From positions 1 to 64,000 of the forward strand of contig CAWHTE010000003.1 in assembly GCA_963832165.1 (NCBI GenBank): a DNA stretch of 64,000 bases, written 5' to 3'. How positions within the stretch are numbered: the first letter of the stretch is position 1; every line of letters begins with the position of its first letter. The notes under the pieces were generated by a model. The model was given only the letters and a program-made list of their open reading frames with translations, did no database searches and was not told the DNA's origin. This document shows, one piece after another, positions 49,963 to 59,484 of the stretch. Origin of the DNA: an uncultured delta proteobacterium. GTDB taxonomy: Bacteria > Myxococcota_A > UBA9160 > SMWR01. Made by a program: the position numbers and the translations under genes.

Positions 49963-50639
49963 GGCATGTCCGCGAGCCGGCCCTTCTCGAGGTGCACGAC
50001 GCGGCGCGCTTTCGCGGCCGCGCGCGGGTCGTGCGTGACCATCACGAACGTGGTGCCGGCCTGGCGGTTCAACAGGGCCATCAGCGAGAGCACCTCTTCC
50101 GCGTTCTCGCTGTCGAGGTCGCCCGTGGGCTCGTCTGCGAGCACGAGCAGCGGGTCGTTCACGAGCGCGCGCGCGATTGCCACGCGCTGCTGCTCGCCGC
50201 CCGACAGCTCGCCGGGCCGGTGATCGAGCCGGTGTCCGAGCCCGACGATCCGCAGCGCGGCCTCGCAGCGCTCCCGCCGCTCGTCGCCACCGTAGTCGGA
50301 GATCAGGAGCGGGATCTCGACGTTCTCGAGCGCGGAGAGCACCGGGATCAGGTTGTAGAACTGGAAGATGAAGCCGACGCGCCGGTTCCTCCAGCGGTCG
50401 AGCTCGGACTCGCTGAAGTCGGAGAGCTCGCGGCCGTCGATGCGCAGGCTGCCGCGCGTCGGGCGGTCGAGCCCCGCGATCAGGTTGAGCAGCGTCGATT
50501 TGCCCGACCCGGACGGGCCCATCAGCGCCACGAACTCGCCGCGCGCGATGTCGAGCGAGAGGTCCGCGAGCACGGGCACTTCGCTCGCACCGCGCCAGTA
50601 GGACTTGTAGACGCCGCGGATCTCGACGAGCCCGCTCAC
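49959..50639 (-). CDS. ABC transporter ATP-binding protein (MacB/LolD-like)
   Basis: GPSGSGKST, LSGGEQQR, LADEPTG, VTHD. Confidence 0.95.
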   Translation of the reverse strand: MSGLVEIRGVYKSYWRGASEVPVLADLSLDIARGEFVALMGPSGSGKSTLLNLIAGLDRPTRGSLRIDGRELSDFSESELDRWRNRRVGFIFQFYNLIPVLSALENVEIPLLISDYGGDERRERCEAALRIVGLGHRLDHRPGELSGGEQQRVAIARALVNDPLLVLADEPTGDLDSENAEEVLSLMALLNRQAGTTFVMVTHDPRAAAKARRVVHLEKGRLADMP

Positions 50640-51838
50640 GACGCCGCGCTGGCCGGCTGCACCGCATCGCCGTCGCGCAGGCGCTCGGGCGGGTGTTCGA
50701 CGAGCGGCGTGCCCTCCTCGGGGCCTTCGTCGAGTGCGAAGAATCCGTCGCCGAGGTCGCGTCCCTTCACGGGCACCGCTCTGGCGCGGTTGTCGTCGAC
50801 CGTGAACACGACGCGCCCATCGCCGCGCGCGACCACGGCGCTCGTCGGCACCGCGCGCAGCACCTCGATCGCACCGGTCGGCTCTGCGGCGAGGAAGCTC
50901 ACCTTCGCCGACATGTCGGGCAAGAGCGCGCGGTCGGGCGCGCGGATCCGCACCTTCACGGGCACGACGCCCTTCAGGCGGTCCGCCATCGCCGCGATCT
51001 CGATCACGTCGGCGAGGTAGCGCTGGCGCGGCATCGCTTCCGGCGTCACGAGCGCGACTGCGCCCAGCGACACCTTGCGGATCTCGCTCTCACCGACCTC
51101 GAGCGCCACCTCGAGCGCGGAGAGGTCGGCGAGCGTCACGACCGCGGTGCCCGGATCGCCCTCGGCGTTGACGCCGATCGTGAGAAACTCGCCGACGTCG
51201 CGGATCTTCCGGATCACGGTGCCGTCGATCGGAGCGCGGATCTCGCGGTTGTCGAGCGCGACGCGCGCGAGATCGCGCTGTGCGCGCGACACCTCCTGAC
51301 GAGTCCGCGCGCGGTCGAGCGCAGCCTGCGATCCGACGTTGCCCGTGCGCAGGTTCTCCACGCGCCGGAGCTCGCGCGTGGCGTCGGCATACTCCGCTTC
51401 GGCGAGCGCGACCTGCGCGCGGGCCTCGTCGCTCTCGAGCCGCGCGATCAGATCGCCCGTGGAGATGCGCTGGTTCTCGGCGACGGCCATCTCGACGATC
51501 TTGCCCTGCGCCTTGCTGCTCACGGTGATCTGGCGGTGGGCCTCGAGATAGCCCGATGCCGAGAGCGACACGGGCGGCGCGCCGACGTCGCGCCACGCCA
51601 CGGTCGTGAGCGTGACCTCGGGCGGTGCGTTCCAGATGCGCCATGCGCCGGCCGCGCCGAGCGCGAGGGCGACGAGCGCCACCGAGATCCAGATCCGGAT
51701 CCGCCGCCGGCGCGCTGCACTTCGCTCGGGTCCGGGCCCGCGCGCCTCGCCGCGCAGCACCGCGAGGTCGCGCGCGAGCGCGCTCTCGAGCGGCCGCGGA
51801 GCGTCTTCGGGGGAAGGGTCGGGTCGGCGTTGGCTCAT
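50636..51838 (-). CDS. Efflux periplasmic adaptor (MacA/HlyD-like MFP)
   Basis: N-terminal TM; ASGYL, IRAPIDG, LLPDMSAKV, AVPTSAV. Confidence 0.9.
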   Translation of the reverse strand: MSQRRPDPSPEDAPRPLESALARDLAVLRGEARGPGPERSAARRRRIRIWISVALVALALGAAGAWRIWNAPPEVTLTTVAWRDVGAPPVSLSASGYLEAHRQITVSSKAQGKIVEMAVAENQRISTGDLIARLESDEARAQVALAEAEYADATRELRRVENLRTGNVGSQAALDRARTRQEVSRAQRDLARVALDNREIRAPIDGTVIRKIRDVGEFLTIGVNAEGDPGTAVVTLADLSALEVALEVGESEIRKVSLGAVALVTPEAMPRQRYLADVIEIAAMADRLKGVVPVKVRIRAPDRALLPDMSAKVSFLAAEPTGAIEVLRAVPTSAVVARGDGRVVFTVDDNRARAVPVKGRDLGDGFFALDEGPEEGTPLVEHPPERLRDGDAVQPASAAS

Positions 51839-51920
51839 GGGTTCGCGGCGCGGGCGCAAGCAGAGCCTAGCCCCAGAGGGGCGACGGGGCCCAAAAGCGA
51901 CCGGTGCCTCCATTCCGATG

Positions 51921-51938
51921 AACTGGATTCAAATCCAG
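51921..51938. repeat. Palindromic repeat, downstream copy
   Basis: AACTGGATTCAAATCCAG, identical over 18 nt to 53841-53858. Confidence 0.85.
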
Positions 51939-52101
51939 CTCGCCGAAAGCGGGCCATGTGTTGCTCTCCGAAGTCCTGTCGTGCGCGCAGCTGATTGTGT
52001 GCCCGGCAGCGCAGCGTGATCTCCCCAACGGAGTGGCTTCTCGCGCGAGACCAGGCTTCGACATGGTCAAGTTCGATGAAGTCCTGCGAATCGCATCGCC
52101 G

Positions 52102-53409
52102 GTGAACGGCCGGGGAGATCGGTAACAGATTAGCCGGGGACATGGGTGACAGTCTGTTTCTGGCTCTTCTTCCCAACGCATCTTCGATCTTTCCGTGCCG
52201 TTCGTCCATCTGTCCGAGTCGAAGCGGACCGAAGTAGAGGTCCCAGACGCCGTCTCCGACTTCTTCGAGTCCCACGGACTCGCCACCGAGAACGTGACTC
52301 ACGTTGGCCCAGCGGCTCGACCAGCGGATGCCGCCGTTTCGACTCACGAGTCGTCGCTCGAAATGCGGGGGGTACTCGATCTCGGGTAGCCGAGCGGGGA
52401 ACTCGCGCGCAGAACGTTGATAGCGAGAGGCCGGCGTGTCCTGGTCGAGGGCCTCGTGAGGACGCTCTTCGTTGTACTCGGTCCGGAATCCGTTGAAGCG
52501 CCGCTGCTGAGCTCGGCCGCTCGCCGCGGGCGGCCGCGCGGTGTGTCGCTTCAGCGTTCGGTGCATGCGTTCGTGGCGTCCGTTCTGCTCGGGGTGTCCG
52601 GGTTCGATGAGCTCGGGGTAGATGCCGAGTCGGAACCACCAGACCGAGAGCCGACTCAGGCGCCCCAGCGCGATCGTCGCGAACGGGACGCCGTTGTCGG
52701 TTCGAATCACCTGAGGGAGGCCGAACTCGCGGAACAGCCGCCCGAACACGGGCCGGGCGACTTTGTGCGCCGTGGAATCGAGGCCTTGGCACGCCAGCAG
52801 ATATCGGCTGTAGCCGTCGGTGACAGTGAGCGGATAGCAGTAGGTGCCATCGCCCGTCTTGAACTCGCCCTTGTAGTCTGCACACCAGATCTCATTGGGC
52901 GTACTCATCGGCGTCGTCGGTCTTCCGCCGTGACCCGGGTAGCGACGACGCGTGCGGCTCTCGACCAGACCGTTTCGCTTCAACAGATCGCAGACGGTCG
53001 ATCGAGCGGGCCAGCTCGATCGGGGATTTCGACGCTGAAGAACTTGGATCAGCTTCTTCGCGCCCCAGAACGGATGCCGGCGTCGCAACTCGAGAATCGC
53101 CGAAGTCCTGTCGGCATCCGTGGCGAACGGGCTCGAGTGCGGCCGCCGCGAGTGATCTTCGAGTCCCGGCAAGCCCTCGGCTTCGAATCGTCGGATCCAC
53201 TTGTAGCCGGTCTTGCGGCTCACGCCGTACCGGCGGCACAGCTCGCTGATCGAGGATCCGCCTCGGATGTACTCGTTGATGAATAGCCTCTTCTGATCCA
53301 TGGGTGACGTCTCGCTCCACGGCATCGGGCCCCCCTTCGGGCTCCGAGCGTGCGAAATCTGTTACCCATGTCCCTGGACTGTTCTGTTACCTATGTCCCC
53401 GGGCCGTAC
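52102..53409 (-). mobile_element. IS481-family insertion sequence (about 1.3 kb)
   Basis: HTH plus rve DDE transposase from 53325 (WCADYKG, RTDNG, NGRHERMH, YNEERPHEAL); imperfect terminal IRs each with two GGGACAT(A/G)GGT(A/G)ACA-like sub-repeats; CCG(G) duplicated at 52099 and 53410. Confidence 0.92.
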
Positions 53410-53813
53410 CCGGCCGCTCTCTGACACGTAGGTGCAGCGCCCCCCGTCGCGCTGCCAGATCTCCCGCCGCACCGCGGCGGGAATGTGTCGTGACGGATGC
53501 ACGTTCCGCTTCGCGGAGCGAGGAGATGAGGTCTCGGAGAACTTCTGCTTGCGCACTGCTTGAATCCGTTTGTATGCCACGCCCTCTGCGAAATGAAGCA
53601 CCCGTTGGCAATAGGTGAACATCGAGGAGCAACCCTCCTCGAGGTAGCGCTGCCGTGCGTCGACCTCTGCGAGATGGGCAATGAGCTCGGCTTCGACGGC
53701 ACTGCCGCGGCGGACGAGCCCCGAACCCGGTCGAGCAGCTGGGCATTGGGGAGCCCAGTGAGTGCGTTCGACATGACTTGACCTCACAGGACCACGGGGT
53801 GAGGTCGACACGT

Positions 53814-53842
53814 AGACTAACACCGGAATAACACATCGTCAA
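53814..53842 (-). promoter_or_regulatory. Sigma70-type promoter of the HNH gene
   Basis: TTGACG-17 nt-TAGTCT with TG extension; the -35 box overlaps the palindrome; leader hairpin GACCTCAC/GTGAGGTC at 53780-53806. Confidence 0.65.
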
Positions 53843-53860
53843 CTGGATTCAAATCCAGTT
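53841..53860. repeat. Palindromic repeat, upstream copy
   Basis: AACTGGATT-CA-AATCCAGTT (perfect 9-bp arms). Confidence 0.85.
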
Positions 53861-53877
53861 GCGTTGGAGTCCGCCGC

Positions 53878-54645
53878 TCAGCTTGCCGGCTTCACGAACT
53901 CGAGCACGAAGCGGTCGCTGGTACCTCGCCGTTCGGCGGCCACGGACGGGGAATCGTTCCAATCGCGCGTATCGCCGGGGTTGCGCAGGAAGTCGGCCTC
54001 GCGGGCGAGCGCGAAGCCCGCCTGCGCGATCTCGTCCTTCACCGTCTGCTCGTCGATGCGGTGCAGGGTCTGCACGTCGGCGAGGCCGGTACCCGCCCTG
54101 GCGCTGTGATCGATCACGGCGAAGACGCCACCGGGCTTCAGCGCCGCGAAGATCGCCTTGTTCATCCTGGCGCGATCGGTCTTCAGCCAGACGGTGTCGT
54201 GGTAGAGGAGGACCAGGAACACGGCGTCGAGACCGCGCGCCTCGGGCGGCAGCGGGTCGTCGAACTCGCGATCGACGCGGACGACCCGCTTCATCACGGG
54301 CTTTGCCAGGCGCTCGGCCCACGGCTTCGCGGCGAACCGCTCGAGGATGAACTTCGGGTTCTGCGCGTAGACGACGCCGGTCGGGCCGACCGCGCGGGCC
54401 AGCAGCTCGGCCGTATAGCCGCCGCCTGCGCCGACCTCCGCCACCTTCATACCGGGAGCCACACGGAAGAACGCCAGCATCTCGGCGGGGTGACGGCCGG
54501 CATCGAGAGCCCGGTCGGCTTCGCTTCGATCGGGCGCCGCGACGATTGCGCGCACCGCATCGGGCACCTCGATGGTCGACGAACAGGCACCGATCCCGAT
54601 CGCTGCGACCACCATCAGCGCCGCGCACGCGAATCGACGATTCAT
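53878..54645 (-). CDS. Class I SAM-dependent methyltransferase, lipoprotein
   Basis: Lipobox IGAC; EVGAGGGYT, YHD, LKPGG, IDH, DRFVLEF. Confidence 0.88.
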   Translation of the reverse strand: MNRRFACAALMVVAAIGIGACSSTIEVPDAVRAIVAAPDRSEADRALDAGRHPAEMLAFFRVAPGMKVAEVGAGGGYTAELLARAVGPTGVVYAQNPKFILERFAAKPWAERLAKPVMKRVVRVDREFDDPLPPEARGLDAVFLVLLYHDTVWLKTDRARMNKAIFAALKPGGVFAVIDHSARAGTGLADVQTLHRIDEQTVKDEIAQAGFALAREADFLRNPGDTRDWNDSPSVAAERRGTSDRFVLEFVKPAS

Positions 54646-54679
54646 GGATCCTCCGGATGTGATGTGAGGCGCGGATCCG

Positions 54680-55459
54680 TCAGCGCATCAGCTCGCCCGT
54701 GTTGACGAGCAGGTGCTGGCCCGTGATCGCCTTCGCGCGGTCGGAGCAGAAGAAGATCGCGGCCTCGGCGACCTCGCCGTCCTCGGTCATGCGCCGCAGC
54801 GCGAACTTGCCCGTGATCTCGTTCACGACGTCGTCGAGCGAGCGCTTCTCGTTCTTCGCGCGCGCCGACAGGAACGCCTCGACCGGCGGCCCCCACATCC
54901 AGCTCGGCACCACCATGTTCACGCGCACGTTGTCTGCGCCGAGCTCCTGGGCGAGGTAGTACATCGCGGTGAGCAGCGCGCCCTTCGAGGCGGCATAGCC
55001 GGCCTGCGGCATGGAGGGCAGGAACTGCGACTGCGATCCGATCAGCACGATCGACCCGCCGCCCGCGCGCTTCATCGCCGGGTGCGCTGCGCGCAAGAGC
55101 GTCATCGTGCCGAGCACGTTGGTCTCGAAGCATTTGCGCCAGTTCTCGAGGTCGGCGTCGTGCAGCCCGCCGAACGCGAGCTCGTAGGCGGCCACCTGGA
55201 CCAGCGCATCGACCTTGCCGAACCGCTTCTCGCCGAGCGCGACCAGCGCCTGGCAATCGCCTGCGTCGGAGATGTCGGTGCGGTGCCACGCGACGCGCTT
55301 GCCGGTCGGATCGACCTCCTTCGCGGTCTGCTCGAGCACTCCTTCGGTGCGCGCTGCGAGCAGCACGTTCGCGCCGTCGCGCAGCGCGGCCTCCACCACG
55401 TGTCGGCCCAGGCCTGCGCCCACGCCGGCGACGAGTACGGTCTTGCCTTCGAGAATCAT
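54680..55459 (-). CDS. SDR oxidoreductase
   Basis: GVGAGLG, YAASK, VRVN, ITGQ. Confidence 0.9.
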   Translation of the reverse strand: MILEGKTVLVAGVGAGLGRHVVEAALRDGANVLLAARTEGVLEQTAKEVDPTGKRVAWHRTDISDAGDCQALVALGEKRFGKVDALVQVAAYELAFGGLHDADLENWRKCFETNVLGTMTLLRAAHPAMKRAGGGSIVLIGSQSQFLPSMPQAGYAASKGALLTAMYYLAQELGADNVRVNMVVPSWMWGPPVEAFLSARAKNEKRSLDDVVNEITGKFALRRMTEDGEVAEAAIFFCSDRAKAITGQHLLVNTGELMR

Positions 55460-55473
55460 CGCAACTCCTCCAT

Positions 55474-55506
55474 GGCGGGATCCGCCTTCGGCTCCTCCCG
55501 CCCTAC
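55474..55506 (-). repeat. GTAG-type REP identical to the 27940 copy
   Basis: GGCGGGATCCGCCTTCGGCTCCTCCCGCCCTAC. Confidence 0.88.
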
Positions 55507-56564
55507 GATCGCATGTTCCCATGACCCGGGATCAACGGTAGATCGAGCGGCGAGAGCAGGCCGGGCTTCGCCGCGCACACGGCCGGAATCGCGTTCACGG
55601 CGCGCATGCCCGTCGCGAGACAGCCCCCCGCGTTCGCGTCGCCGCCCGCGCCCCGGAACGCGGTCTCCTGCACGATGTTCGGGCTGCCCTCGATCACGAT
55701 GCGATAGGCGTCGTTGTCTTCGATCTTCGGGCGCGGCCAGTGCGGCGCAGCGGCCGTGGTGATCCGGTTGGTGTGCTCCACGATGATGCGCGGCTCGCCG
55801 CCGACCCAGCCGCGGATCTCGAAGCGCACCGCGCCGCAGGTTCCGGCCTCGATCACGCCGTGTGGGAAGACGATGCGTTCCGGGGTCTCCCACTTCTCGT
55901 AGATCGTGTCGATCTTGTCGAGCGTGACGCCGATCGCGTCCGCGACCATCGGGATCGTGTGACCCCAGGCGAAGATCAACACCTGCGGATTCTCGAGGAT
56001 CGCTTTCTGCTCGAGCGGCTCGCCGAAGCCCATCGTCGAGTAGTCGCCCGTGTAGGTCGAGTAGTCGAGGATCTCCTGGATCCGCACGCGATCGACGCGC
56101 CCGCACACGCCCATCAGCGTCATCGGGAACAGGTCGTTGGCGAAGCCCGGATCGATCCCCGTGGTGAAGCAGCTCGTGCCGCCTTCGAGGCAGGCCTTCT
56201 CGAGCGGCTCGAGCATGCTCGGCGGACACGACTTCGGATAGACGAAGGGCGTCATCGCGGTCGACACCACGTTCTTGCCCGCGCGCAGCGCGCGCGACAT
56301 GTGATCGATGTTCTGGGCCGCGAGCGCGGCGGTCGGACCGAAGTGCGCGAGCGCCTCGGCGGGCACGGCGAGCGCGGTGTCGATGTCGGTGGTCGCGGTC
56401 ACGCCGATCGGGCCGATCCCCGCGATCTCGCCCGCGTCGCGGCCCTGCTTCGCGGGGTCGTTGACGATGCAGCCCACGATCTCGTAGTCGGGGTGCGCGA
56501 CAAGCTCGCGGATCACCATCTTTCCGACGAAGCCGGTTCCCTGGACGATCACTCTGTAGGTCAC
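55503..56564 (-). CDS. NAD(P)H-dependent amine dehydrogenase / dihydrodipicolinate reductase-like protein
   Basis: QGTGFVG, GRDAGE, AGKNVVST, TGIDPGFAND, AVNAIPAVC. Confidence 0.85.
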   Translation of the reverse strand: MTYRVIVQGTGFVGKMVIRELVAHPDYEIVGCIVNDPAKQGRDAGEIAGIGPIGVTATTDIDTALAVPAEALAHFGPTAALAAQNIDHMSRALRAGKNVVSTAMTPFVYPKSCPPSMLEPLEKACLEGGTSCFTTGIDPGFANDLFPMTLMGVCGRVDRVRIQEILDYSTYTGDYSTMGFGEPLEQKAILENPQVLIFAWGHTIPMVADAIGVTLDKIDTIYEKWETPERIVFPHGVIEAGTCGAVRFEIRGWVGGEPRIIVEHTNRITTAAAPHWPRPKIEDNDAYRIVIEGSPNIVQETAFRGAGGDANAGGCLATGMRAVNAIPAVCAAKPGLLSPLDLPLIPGHGNMRS

Positions 56565-56637
56565 GGGGGGTCCCTCTGCGCAGATTCTTTGTGCAGGTGG
56601 CCGCGATGATACGACAGGTGGTCTAGGATCCAGAGTG

Positions 56638-58683
56638 ATGCCCGGGTTGCCGTTTCCGTCGCTACGCGCCGTCGCGTTCGCCGCGATCGGGCTCGCGCTC
56701 GCGTGTCGCAGCGAGCCGGTCGCACCGGACGCGGCGACGAAGGCTGCGAAGCAGAATACGGCGGCCGCCTTCGTCCGGATCCCCGCCGTCGCGAACGTGG
56801 CGCTCTCGCCCGATGGCACGCGCCTCGCGGGGATCTCCTCGAACGAAGGCATCCGGGTCGTGTTCGAGACAGCGCGCACGGTCGAGAAGGCCAACTATCT
56901 CACCAAGATCGAGCCCGGCACGCTCGTGACCGCGTTCGGCTGGTCGGGCGATCGCGTGCTCGTGGTCGCCTTCGAGCAGGCCGATTCGCGCGGAGACCGC
57001 GAGCGCGCGAGCCGGCGCTCGCCCGACGGACTGGTCGTGTACGACGTGGAGCGATCGCGGCCGCGCTCCGGGCGCGAGCGCGAGACGCGCATGATCGGGC
57101 TGCGGATCGAGGATTGGCGCGCGGGACCGGTCGGCTCGAGCTGGCCGCTGCTCGTCCACCCGCTCTTGCCGGGCGCTCTGATCCACCTGTCGCCTTCCGA
57201 TCCGGACCACGTGCTGATCAACTGGTGGGATTCGGGCGAAGTCGGTGCGAGCGCAGTGCGCGCGCGCGTGCGCGACGGATTCCCGGACGTGGTCGTTCCC
57301 GCGACACCGGGCGTGAACCTCTGGTACGCCGATCACGAGGGCCGCGTGCGCGCGGGCAGCGGCCGCAGCGAGGACGGCATCACGGGCATCGTGGTCGGGC
57401 GCCGCACGGCCGACGCGCCATTCGTGGAGCTCAGCGACGAGAGCAGCGCTGGGCCTGCGGACTTCGAGTTCGCGGGCTTCGGCCGCGATCCGAACGTCCT
57501 CTATCTCTACTCCGTCGGTGCGACCGGCCGCAGGGAGCTGCTCGCGTACGACCTCGCCAGGAACCGCCGCACCGAGGTCCTCTACGCGGACAAGTCCTAC
57601 GACGTGGGCGCGCTCGTGAGCTCGCCGCGCGACGGTGCGCTGTGGGCGGTCGAGGTCGACGCAGAGAAGCCCGGGCTCCACTTCTTCGACCGCGCCGCGG
57701 AGCGCGAGCAGGCTTCGATCGACGCCGCGCTGCCGGGCGCAACGAACCGGCTCGTGAGCTTCGACCGCGATGCGAAGACTGCGCTCGTCCGCTCGAGCAG
57801 CGACATCAATCCACCGGACTACTACCGCTACGACCGCGATCGCAAGCGTATGGACTTCCTGTTCTCGGCGAATCCCAAGCTCGACCGCAGCCAGCTCGTG
57901 CCGATGAAGCCGGTCCGTTACGCCGCGCGCGACGGACTCTCGATCCCCGCGTATCTCACGCTCCCGCGCGCGGGTGCCAGGAACGTGCCCGCGATCGTGA
58001 TCGTCCACGACGGACCCGGTGAGCGCGTCGACTGGGGCTGGGATCCCGTGGTGCAGTATCTGGCGAGCCGCGGCTTCGCGGTGCTCCAGCCCAACTACCG
58101 CGGCTCGACCGGCTACGGGCGCGAGCACGAGCGGATGGGATATGGACAGTGGGGTCTCGCGATGCAGAACGACCTCGACGACGGCGTGAGCTGGCTCGTC
58201 GACGAGGGCATCGCGAATCCGACGCGCGTGGGCATCTACGGGGTGGGCTACGGCGGCTATGCCGCGCTGCTCGCGGCGGCGAAGTCACCCAATCTGTACC
58301 GCGCCGCAGCCAGCTACGGCGGCGTGACCGATCTCGTCGATCTCCTCGAGGAGCCCGGGCACTATCGCAGCACCGATCTGAACCAGCCCGTCGAGGGCAA
58401 GCTGCCGGGCGATCGCGAGGAGCTCGCGCAGCTCTCGCCGGCGCGGCTCGCCAAGCGGATCCGGATCCCGGTGTTCGTCGGGCACGGCATCTCCGATCCG
58501 GTCGTCGACGTCGCGCAGGCGCACGCGATCGTGGACGCGATCGAGGGCGCGGGCGGTTCCGTCGAGAGCCACCTCTACCGCCACGAGCTGCACGAGCTCA
58601 CGGACGAAGTGAACCGGATCGAGTTCCACGAGAAGCTCGCGGCGTTCTTCGCGCGCCACCTCTCCGCGATCGAATCGCTCTGA
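56638..58683 (+). CDS. S9 (prolyl oligopeptidase-like) family lipoprotein lacking the nucleophile Ser
   Basis: Lipobox LAC; propeller; PNYRGSTGYG, MQNDLDDG; GVGYGG in place of GxSYGG. Confidence 0.85.
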   Translation: MPGLPFPSLRAVAFAAIGLALACRSEPVAPDAATKAAKQNTAAAFVRIPAVANVALSPDGTRLAGISSNEGIRVVFETARTVEKANYLTKIEPGTLVTAFGWSGDRVLVVAFEQADSRGDRERASRRSPDGLVVYDVERSRPRSGRERETRMIGLRIEDWRAGPVGSSWPLLVHPLLPGALIHLSPSDPDHVLINWWDSGEVGASAVRARVRDGFPDVVVPATPGVNLWYADHEGRVRAGSGRSEDGITGIVVGRRTADAPFVELSDESSAGPADFEFAGFGRDPNVLYLYSVGATGRRELLAYDLARNRRTEVLYADKSYDVGALVSSPRDGALWAVEVDAEKPGLHFFDRAAEREQASIDAALPGATNRLVSFDRDAKTALVRSSSDINPPDYYRYDRDRKRMDFLFSANPKLDRSQLVPMKPVRYAARDGLSIPAYLTLPRAGARNVPAIVIVHDGPGERVDWGWDPVVQYLASRGFAVLQPNYRGSTGYGREHERMGYGQWGLAMQNDLDDGVSWLVDEGIANPTRVGIYGVGYGGYAALLAAAKSPNLYRAAASYGGVTDLVDLLEEPGHYRSTDLNQPVEGKLPGDREELAQLSPARLAKRIRIPVFVGHGISDPVVDVAQAHAIVDAIEGAGGSVESHLYRHELHELTDEVNRIEFHEKLAAFFARHLSAIESL

Positions 58684-58694
58684 GCGCGCGCTAC

Positions 58695-58733
58695 GGCGGG
58701 ATCCGCTCGCTGCGCTCGCTTCTCCCGCCCTAC
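58695..58733 (-). repeat. GTAG-type REP variant
   Basis: GGCGGGATCCGCTCGCTGCGCTCGCTTCTCCCGCCCTAC. Confidence 0.8.
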
Positions 58734-58742
58734 GAGCGCCGT

Positions 58743-58785
58743 TTGCGCGGGGACGGGGCCGTGATATAGTGAAGCGTCGTCACTA
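58743..58785 (+). promoter_or_regulatory. Promoter with overlapping inverted-repeat operator for the TetR operon
   Basis: TTGCGC-16 nt-TATAGT (TG extended); TAGTGA-N7-TCACTA at 58767-58785. Confidence 0.6.
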
Positions 58786-58791
58786 AATGAC

Positions 58792-59484
58792 GTGGAGCAG
58801 CGGATGCGCGCGGCCAGGGCGATCGCGACGAAGCGGGGGCGCGGTCGGCCCGCGCGCCTGTCGCGCGAGTCGATCGTCGATGCGGGGCTCGCGCTGCTCG
58901 AAGCGTCGCCCGACGAGCCGCTCAGGCTCCAGCGCGTCGCGCGAGAAGTGGATGCGGTTCCGGCCGCGCTGTACCGACACGTCGGCAGCCTCGACGAGCT
59001 GCTCGACGGCGTTCTCGCGCGCGCGCTCGAGGGCGTGCACTTCGAGATCCGGCGGCGCGCATCGTGGCGCTCGCAGGTGCGCGACTGGATGCGTTGCATG
59101 CGCGCGCACCTGCTGCGCTACCCGGGCGTCGTGCGCCTGCTCGGGCGCCGCGACCGGACGTCGCCGGCGTGGCTCGACGCCTCGAGTGCGCTGATCGACG
59201 TCCTGCAGGGGGCCGGACTGCGCGGCGCAGCCCTCGCGCGCGCCTACTTGTGGGTGGCGGAGGCGACGATGGGCGTCGTGGTCAACGAGGCGAGCATCCC
59301 GTTCGTCGAGCAGATCGAGGCGGCGCGCAACGCGCTCCCCGAGATGACCCCGGAAGCGCGGCAGCGCCACGAAACGGTGTTGCCCCATCTCACGGCGATG
59401 GACGGCGAGGATTTCTTCGAGCTCGTCGCCGACCGGACGATCGCCGCGGTCGCCGAGTGGGTCACAGACGCGAGGAAGCCATGA
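58792..59484 (+). CDS. TetR-family transcriptional regulator
   Basis: RGRPARLSRESIVDAG...VAREVDAVPAALYRHV HTH. Confidence 0.88.
   Translation: MEQRMRAARAIATKRGRGRPARLSRESIVDAGLALLEASPDEPLRLQRVAREVDAVPAALYRHVGSLDELLDGVLARALEGVHFEIRRRASWRSQVRDWMRCMRAHLLRYPGVVRLLGRRDRTSPAWLDASSALIDVLQGAGLRGAALARAYLWVAEATMGVVVNEASIPFVEQIEAARNALPEMTPEARQRHETVLPHLTAMDGEDFFELVADRTIAAVAEWVTDARKP

Larger units (their letters stand above)
51835..53774 (-). pseudogene. DUF222-like/HNH endonuclease gene: IS-disrupted, frameshifted (about 53720) and apparently internally shortened
   Basis: N-terminus MSNAL...ELIAHLAEVDAR..Y...GCSSMFTYC; RHIPAAVRREIWQRDGGRCTYVSESGR | IS | RCDSQDFIELDH...LRCRAHNQ. Confidence 0.8.

Noticed and set aside
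51835..53774. HNH gene as IscB/Cas9-like or another RNA-guided nuclease
   Set aside because: No RuvC motifs, no PLMP-type N-terminus, and no room for a long ncRNA or array
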